Below are positions 1-9,634 of a stretch of 64,000 nucleotides of DNA, piece after piece. The stretch lies in the NCBI GenBank assembly GCA_000165345.1, contig CM000431.1:640001-704000 (forward strand), read 5' to 3'. Positions within the stretch are counted from its first letter, which is position 1; each line of letters starts with the position of its first letter. A program made the translations under genes and the position numbers. The notes under the pieces are model-generated. The model did no database searches. It had not been told where the DNA came from and saw only the letters and a list, made by a program, of their open reading frames with translations.

Positions 1-265
1 AAGATAGGTTATTTGACAAACAAATTGGATTGTTCTCGACTGCATTAAAATGGTGAGTATTTTTACCTCAATTATTCTTTATATCTCCCTTAGGAATGAA
101 GCTACAGGAAGTCGTTTGTTTATCAATGCAATAGTTTCTGGAATATTTGCGTCATCTGCAGGCATATTTGCAAATTTAGGAGTAAGTTTCAATTACTTTG
201 TAAAGAATGTTAATCCAAAAAGCTGGAATACCAGTTCTCTGTACTTTTATATACAGCTCATTTAA
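1..265 (+). CDS. 3' end of a Tim17/Tim22/Tim23 (PRAT) family membrane protein; partial, start lies upstream of the window. Model: join(3..52,94..265) with a 41-nt intron 53..93 (GTGAGT...CCCTTAG).
   Basis: Frame 3 is open from nt 3 and reads DRLFDKQIGLFSTALKW; removing 53..93 joins it in frame to the listed ORF (NEATGSRLFINAIVSGIFASSAGIFANLG...). GLFST...NAI(I/V)xG(F/I)FxxxAG matches the Tim17 TM2-TM3 core (yeast Tim17 GGLFSTFDCAVK...WNAIIAGFFTGGALA) as I remember it. Confidence 0.4.
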
Positions 266-528
266 TTTACCAAAGTAAAGCTACAAATTTCTTTTCCGAA
301 CAAGATTGCAGGAAACAATTTATTATGAGTAAATATTCTGGAGTAGTGCTACTTTTAGGAATAATATTTTCTAAATATAAAGCAAGTAAAAAGCATTCCA
401 ATAAGAGGGACTCAAATACTTTGCACAAAGGCTGATAAACTATGAACGAATTACAAATAAATTTCAGCAAAATGCTATTCCAATAGTTTGTTTTGAAAAA
501 TTTTTTTCTCTAAACATTTTCTATACGA

Positions 529-1281
529 ATGCCCACGTCTACAGAGAGAATTAAAAAAAAAAATACAAGCCAGGATTGGGGTAAGTTACTTTCCGATTAA
601 TAATAAAATATTTTACTTTATAAAGAACCTGGTTCAATGACGCTAACAAACAATGTACCAGTTGTTGATAATTGGGAGGATTTGTTAAATAGTGATAATG
701 AGGATTCCTTTAATAACAACTCAGAATTCCAGACAAATTCGAATAATATTACTTCAACTTCAATTTCGAACAAGTGTTTTAATGACTATGAGGAACAGAG
801 AAGATGCCAAGAGCTCGTTGAAGAGATGGATGGAAATGTAATGGACGATTTGTTTGACGGATTTGTAAGCCAACGCAAATCCACAAGTAAACTTCCCGGA
901 AATAATTCTACTCATGCAATTTCGAATTTAAGCAACCAACAAGATGCGTTTAGTAATTTGAACTTGAACTCATATGGGAAAGTTGAAACTACTGCGTTTA
1001 AAATTGCAGAATGTATCAAGCCAGCTTTGGCTAAAAGTCCAGCCTGGCTCCGATTTATTGATATTTGCCTAAATGAGATTTTTCAAAAACTAGATTTAAA
1101 AGATCTGAAGACCTTAAAGAAAAAAGTTGACTTACAACTGTCAATTAGAGAAAAGGAGGAAAGAGAGAAGTCTCAGCAAAAGAAGAAGCCCAACGATTTT
1201 AGCACTCTTTCCAAAAACTTTAGGGAGGAACTCGACATATTTGATGGAATAGACTCCCTCGATGAGTCTGATGATTATTAG
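529..1281 (+). CDS. Acidic protein resembling eIF3 subunit j (Hcr1). The listed ORF is 637..1281; a possible upstream exon 529..580 joins through a 45-nt intron 581..625 (GTAAGT...TATAAAG).
   Basis: Acidic DNWED N-terminus; the central WLRFIDICLNEIFQKLDLKDLKTLKKK and acidic C-terminus DIFDGIDSLDESDDY resemble eIF3j (human LEVLVRDVCISLEIDDLKKITNSL...DDLADYGG). The upstream ATG exon joins in frame (MPTSTERIKKKNTSQDW|EPGSMTLTNN). Confidence 0.4.
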
Positions 1282-1391
1282 TTTCAAAAAGTTATAGTCT
1301 AAAAACTTTAGTGTTTTAATTTGTTATTATAATTGCCTTCGAAATCCCCTCATGTTTTTTAGTTGCCGCAAGCTGTTAATATTTGATCAAA

Positions 1392-2816
1392 ATGAGTCAA
1401 GATTTAATTTGTCGAAAAATAGCTCATCTAAAGGTTGATGCTGAAGCATCTATAAGAAATAGCTCTTCAAGAATTGAACGGATACTAAATGACGGCCTTC
1501 CGATATTCTCAGATGAAGTAGGTAGTTTTTCATCGAATGCAGAGAAGTTTTATATTTCAACGTCTAATAGAGAAATGGAAAATACAACGATAGGTGCGAA
1601 GAATTACTTAAATAATGCAAAGTGGGACTTAGTTAATAAGTACTATATTAATGTCTTGAAGAACCTAGACAGCCTAACGAATATCATTTTTTGCATACAA
1701 AAAAACTATTTTGACAACATACAATATATTAATATCTCGCAATCATATAACATGGCCTCAAGTATTGATAACATAACCACAAGGTCGCTTCGAATTAATG
1801 AGGCATCAAAAGGTGAATTGCTCATTTCATTATATAGAAGGTTATATATACTAAGACCTTTTATTGAAAAAATCAATAATGAAATTCTGAGGATACCAGA
1901 TCATATTATTACTCACAAATGTGCCCTTAGTACATTGAATGAACTATTACCTATTTGGAAAATTAGTATAAATTCCCAGGCCAAAAATGAATCTCAGTGT
2001 CTCTATAATCGTGAAAATAAATTGTCAAGTGTAATATGCCTGCAACTACCTCTTGAAAATGTTTTCTTCAAACAAGGAAGTTTTGTATCAAGGCCAATGG
2101 CACAAATAGATAATAATTGCTTGTTCAACGATGTACTTGTCACACTAACTTTCAGCAAGAATAAATTTAATCCTTACGGCGGAAAATATAACCTTCGTGC
2201 TTCTTTAAAACTCCCAGAATTTACTTCTTATTTGATCAACAATAATTATCAACTTTATGTTAAAACTAAACCAAGTGATTCAGAATCTAAAAACGTAACT
2301 TCCAGTACTCTTCCTCAAGTTGACTTCCCATCTTGCATAAAAAGCGCACTTGCAAAACAGATACATTCAACTCTTCATAGAGTTCACTGGGCATTAATTG
2401 ATAGGCTAATTTTCCATACCATTGTTCAACAAGTTGTCAATGCCCAAAAGGATTCTCCAGAAGCTATTTATATTAATGAACTAAGTAGTGAACGCGTTAT
2501 ATTTTCTATCAATGAAGCAAATCCATCAATTAGTTCGCATGATAATTCGAGTCTCGAAGTAAAAAATATATCTGTAAGTTATAAACCCATTAGCGTTGAA
2601 AATTTCTTTTTAAGTAATGATGAGCTGAATGCACTGAAATTACTTAGAGAGTCATTTTTAGAAATTTGGAGAAATTCCATTAAATTAAGTACAGATAATT
2701 TATTAGAAAACCAAATGTGTGTCATTAAATTAAGTAAATATTCTAATAAATTACTTGAAAGGTGGATTCATAAACTCGCAAAAAAATGCATAAACATTAG
2801 CGCAACATCTCTCTAA
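1392..2816 (+). CDS. Hypothetical protein, about 475 aa. The ORF begins at an in-frame TTG at 1383; the first ATG is at 1392.
   Basis: A 1.4-kb open frame in roughly 70% AT DNA; no recognisable domain. Confidence 0.6.
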   Translation: MSQDLICRKIAHLKVDAEASIRNSSSRIERILNDGLPIFSDEVGSFSSNAEKFYISTSNREMENTTIGAKNYLNNAKWDLVNKYYINVLKNLDSLTNIIFCIQKNYFDNIQYINISQSYNMASSIDNITTRSLRINEASKGELLISLYRRLYILRPFIEKINNEILRIPDHIITHKCALSTLNELLPIWKISINSQAKNESQCLYNRENKLSSVICLQLPLENVFFKQGSFVSRPMAQIDNNCLFNDVLVTLTFSKNKFNPYGGKYNLRASLKLPEFTSYLINNNYQLYVKTKPSDSESKNVTSSTLPQVDFPSCIKSALAKQIHSTLHRVHWALIDRLIFHTIVQQVVNAQKDSPEAIYINELSSERVIFSINEANPSISSHDNSSLEVKNISVSYKPISVENFFLSNDELNALKLLRESFLEIWRNSIKLSTDNLLENQMCVIKLSKYSNKLLERWIHKLAKKCINISATSL

Positions 2817-2933
2817 AACGAGAATACAAAATTAACGATAATGAATTTTATTGGGAAAAATAGGCTGGATACCCATTATAGAATATATTTTTAAATTCTA
2901 CATTAGTTATATCTTTAATAATTTTTTGTCTAA

Positions 2934-4100
2934 ATGAAAAGTTTTTTTAGAAAGAGTTTAAATCCTATTCATAATACAAAGAGTGAAGCTTCACAGCAAA
3001 TAAAATCAAGTTTGGTTGCAATAAACTATCTTAGTATTAATATTGACCTCTCGAGCATTATTTTTTCAAGTGGCTACACACCATCTAGACTTGATATTTT
3101 AAATAAAGGTTTTCTTTTACTTTATTACACCGACCCCTACACTGCCACTATGGCAGCATGGTTCTTCGAAATTCAAGGAATTCCTGCTGCCACGATTTCA
3201 GGGTGGTCTCTTATTCGCATATGCGGCCCTATTACATTAGATGAAGTTACAGAAATTATATCATTCAAACCTTTTGCAATTACCTTCTTTAATTATAAGG
3301 TAAAGTATTCATGGATTGCTGTTCATGGAATTCACACAAAACAACTATTATTAAAATACATTAAGAATCAAAATTGGAATATTGTTGAGGCACTCCACAA
3401 CAGAAACTTTCAAGATGTTGTTGAAGTATTGGAAATATTCAATAATGAAGAAGTCCCAAATTGCTATAATAAATTGGAATACATGTTTGTAAGCCTTCTT
3501 GAAAAAAAAAGTTATAATATAGATAATCCGGATCAATATAGGTTACATCAAAAATTAGTTCTACTATCTAGATGTTCTAGACTAACTAATGAAATTTACT
3601 TAAATGGAGTATATATGAAAAATACCCATGAAAGTTACCAATCTCCTATTAAGAGGGATTTGCTACTTGCAATTAGAAAGTATCTATATAGTATTCCAAT
3701 TTTTACAGAAGCTTGTATATCTAAAAGCTCTCTCAAATCATTGAAAACAGAAGAATGGTGCTTAGGACTAGATGAAAAACACATATATAGAAGAGAGAAC
3801 GGGTGTTTTAATGACTGCATAGAAACAAACAGCAATTACAAAGCGCAAAGCAATCATTCTGTAAGCAGAAATAAGTTACTTGAACGCATGTTAAGGGTTA
3901 TATTGATAGAATTAATTACCCATTTCAGAGTAAAGTATAATAATAGCAAATACCCAAATATCACTGAAGTGAGTGAATTATGGAAAATTAGGTTTGGAAT
4001 AGAAGTTGACATTATTCAATTGTTCAAAATGGCGGGACTTTATGAAGAAATTAAAAATATTGTCGAAGCTACTAAAGAAATTAAAATAACAAGAGATTGA
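2934..4100 (+). CDS. Hypothetical protein, 388 aa.
   Basis: Long ORF with an ATG at 2934; no recognisable domain. Confidence 0.6.
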   Translation: MKSFFRKSLNPIHNTKSEASQQIKSSLVAINYLSINIDLSSIIFSSGYTPSRLDILNKGFLLLYYTDPYTATMAAWFFEIQGIPAATISGWSLIRICGPITLDEVTEIISFKPFAITFFNYKVKYSWIAVHGIHTKQLLLKYIKNQNWNIVEALHNRNFQDVVEVLEIFNNEEVPNCYNKLEYMFVSLLEKKSYNIDNPDQYRLHQKLVLLSRCSRLTNEIYLNGVYMKNTHESYQSPIKRDLLLAIRKYLYSIPIFTEACISKSSLKSLKTEEWCLGLDEKHIYRRENGCFNDCIETNSNYKAQSNHSVSRNKLLERMLRVILIELITHFRVKYNNSKYPNITEVSELWKIRFGIEVDIIQLFKMAGLYEEIKNIVEATKEIKITRD

Positions 4101-4294
4101 TTCAAATTCGGACAAAACCATTTTTCCAAAATATTAGCCATATGCAAACTCCGATTACAAAAGTGCTGATATTTTCAGGTTTTTGTATCTTAATTAGGTA
4201 AAAATTATTCAAAATTATAATTTGTTATTTTTGTATATATAAAATCTAGACCTCTTTTTTTAATTGTTGATCAGGCCGCGACTTGTTATCAAAA

Positions 4295-5629
4295 ATGTTC
4301 TTTGATAAAAGGATATTGGCACTGCTAATGAATCCATTTAGGAGAAATATTAAGAGAAATTCCTTCAATATTAATACATTTAATAGAAAATGCTTTGATT
4401 TATTCAGAAATAAAGATAGTTTTCGTTTTAATTATACAATTTTTTCAATTTCTATATCCTTTGCCTTTCTCGCCAAATACTATTTTCAAAATACAAGAAA
4501 GCAGTTGAATATGAAAGCGATATCTAGTGATGAAATTGAAATTTTAAGTTCAAAATCTAAGAATATGATAGTATTAAATTTAATAAAAGGAATGGAAATT
4601 AATAAAAGCAATTTTATTAAAGAGTTGAGCAAGCAAATAAAAAGCAAAGAATTGAATAGGTTGAACATTCAAATATATTATACTGAAAACAATTGCAGTG
4701 AAAGCGCACCTAATGTTACTCTTTTCAAGGGATATGGGAGCCGAATTTCCAATATTGATTTAAATTTTAAAAACAATAACATTGAACAAATTAAATCATT
4801 TTTTGACCCAAAATCTGAAAAAATAATAAATGGCAATCCTTCAACTATAAAAAACATATCTCATGATACTTTTGAAAGTGATGTGATAAATAAAAGCGAC
4901 GAAAATAACCCATTGTTGCTTATGTATTATGACGATTACTGCTTAATGTGTTTTCTCATTAGACCATTGATTAATTCTTTAGCGGCAAGACTAAGAAACA
5001 CAAAAAATATACAGTTTGGTAGATATAATATTGGAAGAAATGATCTACACGAGTTCTCACCGCCTGTAAAGGCAACGCCATCATTTGTATTATTTCGTGG
5101 TAGGCAAGAGCCTGAACGATTGGATGAGTACAAGCCAAAAGATATAATAAACAAAATTATTGAAATTAAATGCAGAGTTGAAAACAATGATTGTGGCAAA
5201 AAAGAGTTAGCTGAACTTAGCACTTTGGAGCAAAAGGTTTTAATTAGATTTCATTTATTCACAGTTTTAAACATTTGGAATCTATATTTAAAGGAACTCC
5301 AAGCCAAATTAATTAATACTCCAAAAAGTCAATTTGATCAATTAAATTTTATGCATCTTGAAGAATTACTTTCTATTTCATGTTTATTTCTGCAAGATCA
5401 AAATGTCTCATCAAAAAACAGCAAAAGTTTTGACGAAATAAATTTTGAAAAAATAAGCTACGACAAAATTGCTGAAAACATTAACTTTCAAGAAATTTTC
5501 TTGGAAAATATTAAAAAAGACATGAAGAGATCTGATACAATAGAAGAGAATATTAATCACCTTCTAAATGAGATTGAGGGATGTTGTAATGATTATATAG
5601 CTATGAAAAAATTGATAAAAAATAGTTAG
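4295..5629 (+). CDS. Thioredoxin-fold domain protein with an atypical C-L-M-C motif.
   Basis: LLLMYYDDYCLMCFLIRPLINSLAARL...IQFGRYNIGRNDLHEFSPPVKATPSFVLFRG has the thioredoxin-like pattern (xxWCxxCxx...P...F.K.D....PT..LF). The N-terminus is Asn/Lys-rich. Confidence 0.5.
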   Translation: MFFDKRILALLMNPFRRNIKRNSFNINTFNRKCFDLFRNKDSFRFNYTIFSISISFAFLAKYYFQNTRKQLNMKAISSDEIEILSSKSKNMIVLNLIKGMEINKSNFIKELSKQIKSKELNRLNIQIYYTENNCSESAPNVTLFKGYGSRISNIDLNFKNNNIEQIKSFFDPKSEKIINGNPSTIKNISHDTFESDVINKSDENNPLLLMYYDDYCLMCFLIRPLINSLAARLRNTKNIQFGRYNIGRNDLHEFSPPVKATPSFVLFRGRQEPERLDEYKPKDIINKIIEIKCRVENNDCGKKELAELSTLEQKVLIRFHLFTVLNIWNLYLKELQAKLINTPKSQFDQLNFMHLEELLSISCLFLQDQNVSSKNSKSFDEINFEKISYDKIAENINFQEIFLENIKKDMKRSDTIEENINHLLNEIEGCCNDYIAMKKLIKNS

Positions 5630-6048
5630 CATATCTGTATTTTGATATTTGAATGGTTATAATATTCTTCTTTGGGAATTGCAACTTCTTCAATTTTGCT
5701 AATCTCTGTAGAAATATTATCAAAACATGGGCAAATCAAAATTAAGTTTCCAAAAACCATTGTCTCGTTAAATTGCAGTGATTTTTGCAATATTTTATTA
5801 TTTCTAAAGCTCACAAAATAAATATCATGTCCTTCTTTAACATAGCCATTTATCCAATGGTCTATTGGCCCAATTTCATATTCCAACTTTGGCCTAATTA
5901 AACTAATTAAATGTCTTGGAAATCCAGAAATAATTACCCAGTCTTCACTTTTAATGCTGTCTAAGTTCTCACCAGCAGCGTAATTAGTAAATTTTTGTTC
6001 AGATGTTACTTCGAAACGTTCTCTTGGAATCAATAATTCCCTACTCAT
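5626..6048 (-). CDS. Hypothetical small protein, 140 aa.
   Basis: ATG at 6046-6048 on the minus strand; GCGCG motif 25 bp upstream; no confident homology. Confidence 0.5.
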   Translation of the reverse strand: MSRELLIPRERFEVTSEQKFTNYAAGENLDSIKSEDWVIISGFPRHLISLIRPKLEYEIGPIDHWINGYVKEGHDIYFVSFRNNKILQKSLQFNETMVFGNLILICPCFDNISTEISKIEEVAIPKEEYYNHSNIKIQIC

Positions 6049-6338
6049 TTTTTCTTCTGCCGTTATTTCAACACGCGCAAGTATCCCTTAAAAAAAAAAA
6101 AAATCAAATCATCAAGTATAAAAATTAATATTTTTTACAATTTAGAATAGAAAGTTCTCAACAAATACGTGATGAATTATAAATCAATAGATAGATCAAT
6201 TAAAAGACTATATTGGGAAATGCTAAATATCGCCAAATTATCTTTGGCTAGGCAATACTATTATTTCGAAATGTAGCCACTTTAATTAATTACGTCATAA
6301 ATAACTATACCTTTCTAAACTGATGGTTATGGAGACGC

Positions 6339-6411
6339 GGCCTCGTCGTCTAATGGATATGACGTTGGTCTTCGGAACCAAAGGTTGTGGGTTCGAGTCC
6401 CATCGGGGTCG
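6339..6411 (+). tRNA. tRNA-Arg, anticodon UCG, 73 nt, no intron.
   Basis: Hand-folded: acceptor GGCCTCG/CGGGGTC (two G-U pairs), U8, A14, G18-G19, anticodon stem TTGGT/ACCAA, loop CUUCGGA (U33, anticodon TCG, A37), T arm GTGGG-TTCGAGT-CCCAT, discriminator G. A pol III T-run (TTTTT) follows at 6421-6425. Confidence 0.85.
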
Positions 6412-6436
6412 TTTATTCCGTTTTTAAATTTATTGT

Positions 6437-7738
6437 TTAGGTAATGTAATTCCCCGATTGAAATACCTGTTGTAATGAGCTATATTCCTTTTGTAGTCTA
6501 GCTGCATTTTTAGATTTTTTTTCACGTTTCGATTGAGTTTTCAATAACTCTACAACGGTTTTGCGAAGCCTTTTAGTGTCTACGTGAAAATAAGGACAGC
6601 CATCCATGTTTTCATTCGCATAATCTTCGTCATCTTCAAAGAGGAACCTAGACTCTGTTGAATCAATAGAATCTAGTACCTGACACTTTAATAGCTTATT
6701 TTTAAGCCGCTCATATAATATAGAAATGCGGTCTGAAATGTGCATATTTTTTTTTGTAATTCTAGTTAGTGCCAATCTGATCCTTGACCAAAGAGTTGTA
6801 AGGGGAATGTGCGCAGAGAGTAGTTTTGGCCAGTCGTTATATTTAATTTCGTCTATGTGAGAATAGTTATATCTGGTTTCATAAAGATAATTTACGGCTT
6901 GAGAAAATGTGTTAGAAATGAGGGACAAGGCCTGTTCATCTTGAATATATTTGAGCTTTGGATAGAGAGAAGAAACATACCTTAAGCGAATTTGTCCTTG
7001 GCTTATTTTCCCATAAAAATTGGATAGATCAGTTCCATCTATAGGTTGAAGATTAATACCTAACTTTTCGTTTATCTTTCTGCAACATTTTTTCCAAAAA
7101 TAAATAAACTCTGTAGGAAAATTTGGGGAGCAAAGTGATTCAATAATTGTCTTCCATGAAATTCCTTTGAATGGGAGAAATTTTCCAGTATAGCGTTCAA
7201 TGCAATAAAGTACAAATACGTCAATTACAAAAGGCATTTTTGATTTAAGCGGTTTTTCAATCTGGGAATTAAGATTTAAAATATATCCTGAATCATTCGA
7301 GTCATTTTCAACAATTTTTGTATGTAAATCACGCCATTTGTCCCTAATAGAGGCTGCTGATCTTCCAATAAATTCAACAAACATGCTCCATTTCTTCCCA
7401 TGTTCATTAACGAGTTTAATAAGTTCTTGCTCCTCTTCTTTTGTCCACTTTCCCTTTTTTCCTCGCATTAGCATCCTTTTTGCGCAATAATATATCGACT
7501 GAAGCGACCTATTTGGTAGAGACTCTCCAATAATTGGCCAATGTCTGTCTTTTTTCCCACCCCTTGTAGAAAATAAATTATCTAACCCTTCATCCCAGTT
7601 CCATTGTTGAGACTTTATGTAGTCTTTAACTGAATTATTAATTATATCTCTCTCGCTTGAGCTGAACTTTCCCTTTAATATATTTCGATTATTTAAATGA
7701 TCGTTCCAACTTCTTGTTTGAAATATATTACTTGCCAT
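6437..7738 (-). CDS. Myb/SANT-domain DNA-binding protein (Reb1/DMTF1-like).
   Basis: WTKEEEQELIKLVNEHGKKWSMFVEFIGRSAASIRDKWRDL is a Myb repeat; an upstream W...W region is a second degenerate repeat. The ORF starts at GTG 7750; first ATG at 7738. Confidence 0.65.
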   Translation of the reverse strand: MASNIFQTRSWNDHLNNRNILKGKFSSSERDIINNSVKDYIKSQQWNWDEGLDNLFSTRGGKKDRHWPIIGESLPNRSLQSIYYCAKRMLMRGKKGKWTKEEEQELIKLVNEHGKKWSMFVEFIGRSAASIRDKWRDLHTKIVENDSNDSGYILNLNSQIEKPLKSKMPFVIDVFVLYCIERYTGKFLPFKGISWKTIIESLCSPNFPTEFIYFWKKCCRKINEKLGINLQPIDGTDLSNFYGKISQGQIRLRYVSSLYPKLKYIQDEQALSLISNTFSQAVNYLYETRYNYSHIDEIKYNDWPKLLSAHIPLTTLWSRIRLALTRITKKNMHISDRISILYERLKNKLLKCQVLDSIDSTESRFLFEDDEDYANENMDGCPYFHVDTKRLRKTVVELLKTQSKREKKSKNAARLQKEYSSLQQVFQSGNYIT

Positions 7739-7785
7739 GTTCGTTTTCACGCTTATTTTTTGTTATATTTTTTCAATCCGGCTTG

Positions 7786-7795
7786 GAGCGCCAAC
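7786..7795. promoter_or_regulatory. GAGCGCCAAC E2F-like motif in the 98-bp divergent promoter between the Myb gene and the TPR gene.
   Basis: ccggcttgGAGCGCCAACatact. Confidence 0.3.
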
Positions 7796-7836
7796 ATACT
7801 GCTTGTGTGAATTAAATTTCATTAGCTAAAGTTGAT

Positions 7837-9558
7837 ATGAATAAAGTATTGCGAAGCGATAATTTAATTGAAACGAGTTCTCAAAACAGCTCTAAACACT
7901 CATTTAGCTTGCAACTATCTGACTATTTTAGGCTATTAATAGATCGATCGATTGAAATTAGAAATTGGAGAAGGGGCGAAAAATATTGTACAGTATTACA
8001 ACTAATCAAACCGTTAGAAATTTGCGATACTTTAAGATGGTGCGAATGTCTATTTAATTTAGCAGATTACTCTGCTGTTATCAGGATTTCCCAAAATACG
8101 TTAATTGAAAACGTGAATGGCTATTGCCCAGACAAGATAAAAATTTTTATATTCAGATCAAAAAGTGAATTTTTTATGGGAAAATATTCAAATAGTATTG
8201 AAACATCAAATTTAATATTGGAAACAATTAAGCATGGACTAAATATAGAGCCAGATGTTAAAAAAAAATTGCTTCTTAAACAACTAAGAGTAAGGGTTTT
8301 GCTTATTAAAGCTCGAATATTTGAATTAAATAATATGTTTGATGAGTGTGATAAAATTTACACGGGCATATTATTAGAGGATGATCCAATGAATATTGTA
8401 TCTTTAGAAATGGTGTTTTGCTCACATAAATTTACATTAAATGAAAAGATTGAGATATTTAAGAAATGGAAAGATTTTATTCCAAAATCTTATTACTGGA
8501 TTTTAATAATTGTTTGGTACAGAATAATGCATGATTACTCGCGAATGATAGACTGCTATAATGGAGACCTCGAAGAAGACTTAATTTCATTCTCTCTAGA
8601 CTCAAAAATATCCTTGAATAAACTTCTAATGAATATACCCGTCTACTCTAAAAAGATGGTATTCTTAAAGGACAAAATTTTCTCCTTAGCTAATTTAAGT
8701 AATAATAATTCATTAAAAACACAAATTTTTGACGTTTCGAGTCATTTGGATTGTGAAACTCACATAATTATGCAAATGATCTCGGCAATATATGACTCAG
8801 GATATATTTTGACAATTTCAAACATTCTTGATGAAAAAATTCCTTCTTCACCGCTTTCAATCTTCACAATGGGATGCTACTATTATAAACAGTCAGCGTA
8901 TTCGAAGTCAGCGCACCTTTTTAGAAAAGTAATAGAGATAGAGCCTGGATTTTACGAAGCTCATCTGCTACTTGCGCATTCACTTTCACTTAACAATAAT
9001 AGTAAGCAAGCAATTATTGTTTATTCGCATATTCAAGACCAATGGAGAGGAAGTTGTTATGGAACTCTATATAAGGGCGTAGAATATTTGAAAAGTAATA
9101 ACTATGACATGGCAGCACTAAATTTAAGAAGCTCCCTCACACAATTTTCTGATAACCCAATTATACTGAATGAATTTGGGGTTTTACAATTTTATCAAAA
9201 GAAATTTTATGAATCAGAAGAAACATTTAGAAAAGCGCTTCATAAGTTACATATAAATAAGAGTAACCACTTAAAATATGTTTTAGAAATAAATATGAGC
9301 TGTTCAATCATCTGGTCGATACTATATTGTGAAGAAATAGTTTGTAAGTCCCGTGTAGTTGAGGCAATTTCAATTCTTGAAAGGTGCAGTAAAATAAACA
9401 ACTCAGCTAATAAAGTGTATTTAGTTAGCTTTCTTCTCGCAGTTGCATATCAGATAAGTGGTGAAAAAAATAAGGCAAATTTAAAATATTTGGAATGCGT
9501 TAGTTTAGGTATTTTTCATCCAATTACCTTAAAATCCTTACACACGATCTGTAGCTAG
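7837..9558 (+). CDS. TPR-repeat protein, 573 aa.
   Basis: The C-terminal half has TPR-like helices (YYKQSAYSKSAHLFRKVIEIEPGFYEAHLLLAHSL...). Divergently arranged with the Myb gene. Confidence 0.55.
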   Translation: MNKVLRSDNLIETSSQNSSKHSFSLQLSDYFRLLIDRSIEIRNWRRGEKYCTVLQLIKPLEICDTLRWCECLFNLADYSAVIRISQNTLIENVNGYCPDKIKIFIFRSKSEFFMGKYSNSIETSNLILETIKHGLNIEPDVKKKLLLKQLRVRVLLIKARIFELNNMFDECDKIYTGILLEDDPMNIVSLEMVFCSHKFTLNEKIEIFKKWKDFIPKSYYWILIIVWYRIMHDYSRMIDCYNGDLEEDLISFSLDSKISLNKLLMNIPVYSKKMVFLKDKIFSLANLSNNNSLKTQIFDVSSHLDCETHIIMQMISAIYDSGYILTISNILDEKIPSSPLSIFTMGCYYYKQSAYSKSAHLFRKVIEIEPGFYEAHLLLAHSLSLNNNSKQAIIVYSHIQDQWRGSCYGTLYKGVEYLKSNNYDMAALNLRSSLTQFSDNPIILNEFGVLQFYQKKFYESEETFRKALHKLHINKSNHLKYVLEINMSCSIIWSILYCEEIVCKSRVVEAISILERCSKINNSANKVYLVSFLLAVAYQISGEKNKANLKYLECVSLGIFHPITLKSLHTICS

Positions 9559-9565
9559 TTGTTAA

Positions 9566-9572
9566 TTGGCGC
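9566..9572. promoter_or_regulatory. TTGGCGC E2F-like core about 63 bp upstream of the proteasome beta2 ATG.
   Basis: gttaaTTGGCGCttaaag. Confidence 0.3.
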
Positions 9573-9634
9573 TTAAAGTTTATACCCTCACTAATTATAA
9601 ATTTTTGTTACAAATTTTCAAAAGTTGTATTACA

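Noticed and set aside
182-205. GTAAGT...GTAAAG as a 24-nt intron in the Tim17-like gene
   Set aside because: Too short relative to all other introns here (37-64 nt); the read-through frame is open anyway. A longer 182..258 intron remains possible but is unsupported.
3351-5223. Several 60-95 aa minus-strand ORFs antisense to the 2934..4100 and 4283..5629 genes
   Set aside because: Low-complexity antisense frames in AT-rich coding DNA; no motifs; nested in longer sense ORFs.
9566-9634. ORF-track N-terminal extensions starting at TTG or GTG (proteasome 9566, H3 11075, kinesin 17717, DGK 30945, PrimPol 53974 and others)
   Set aside because: The track translates alternative start codons as M. 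A nuclear eukaryotic gene should start at ATG, so the first in-frame ATG was used. The H3 extension is clearly non-histone.
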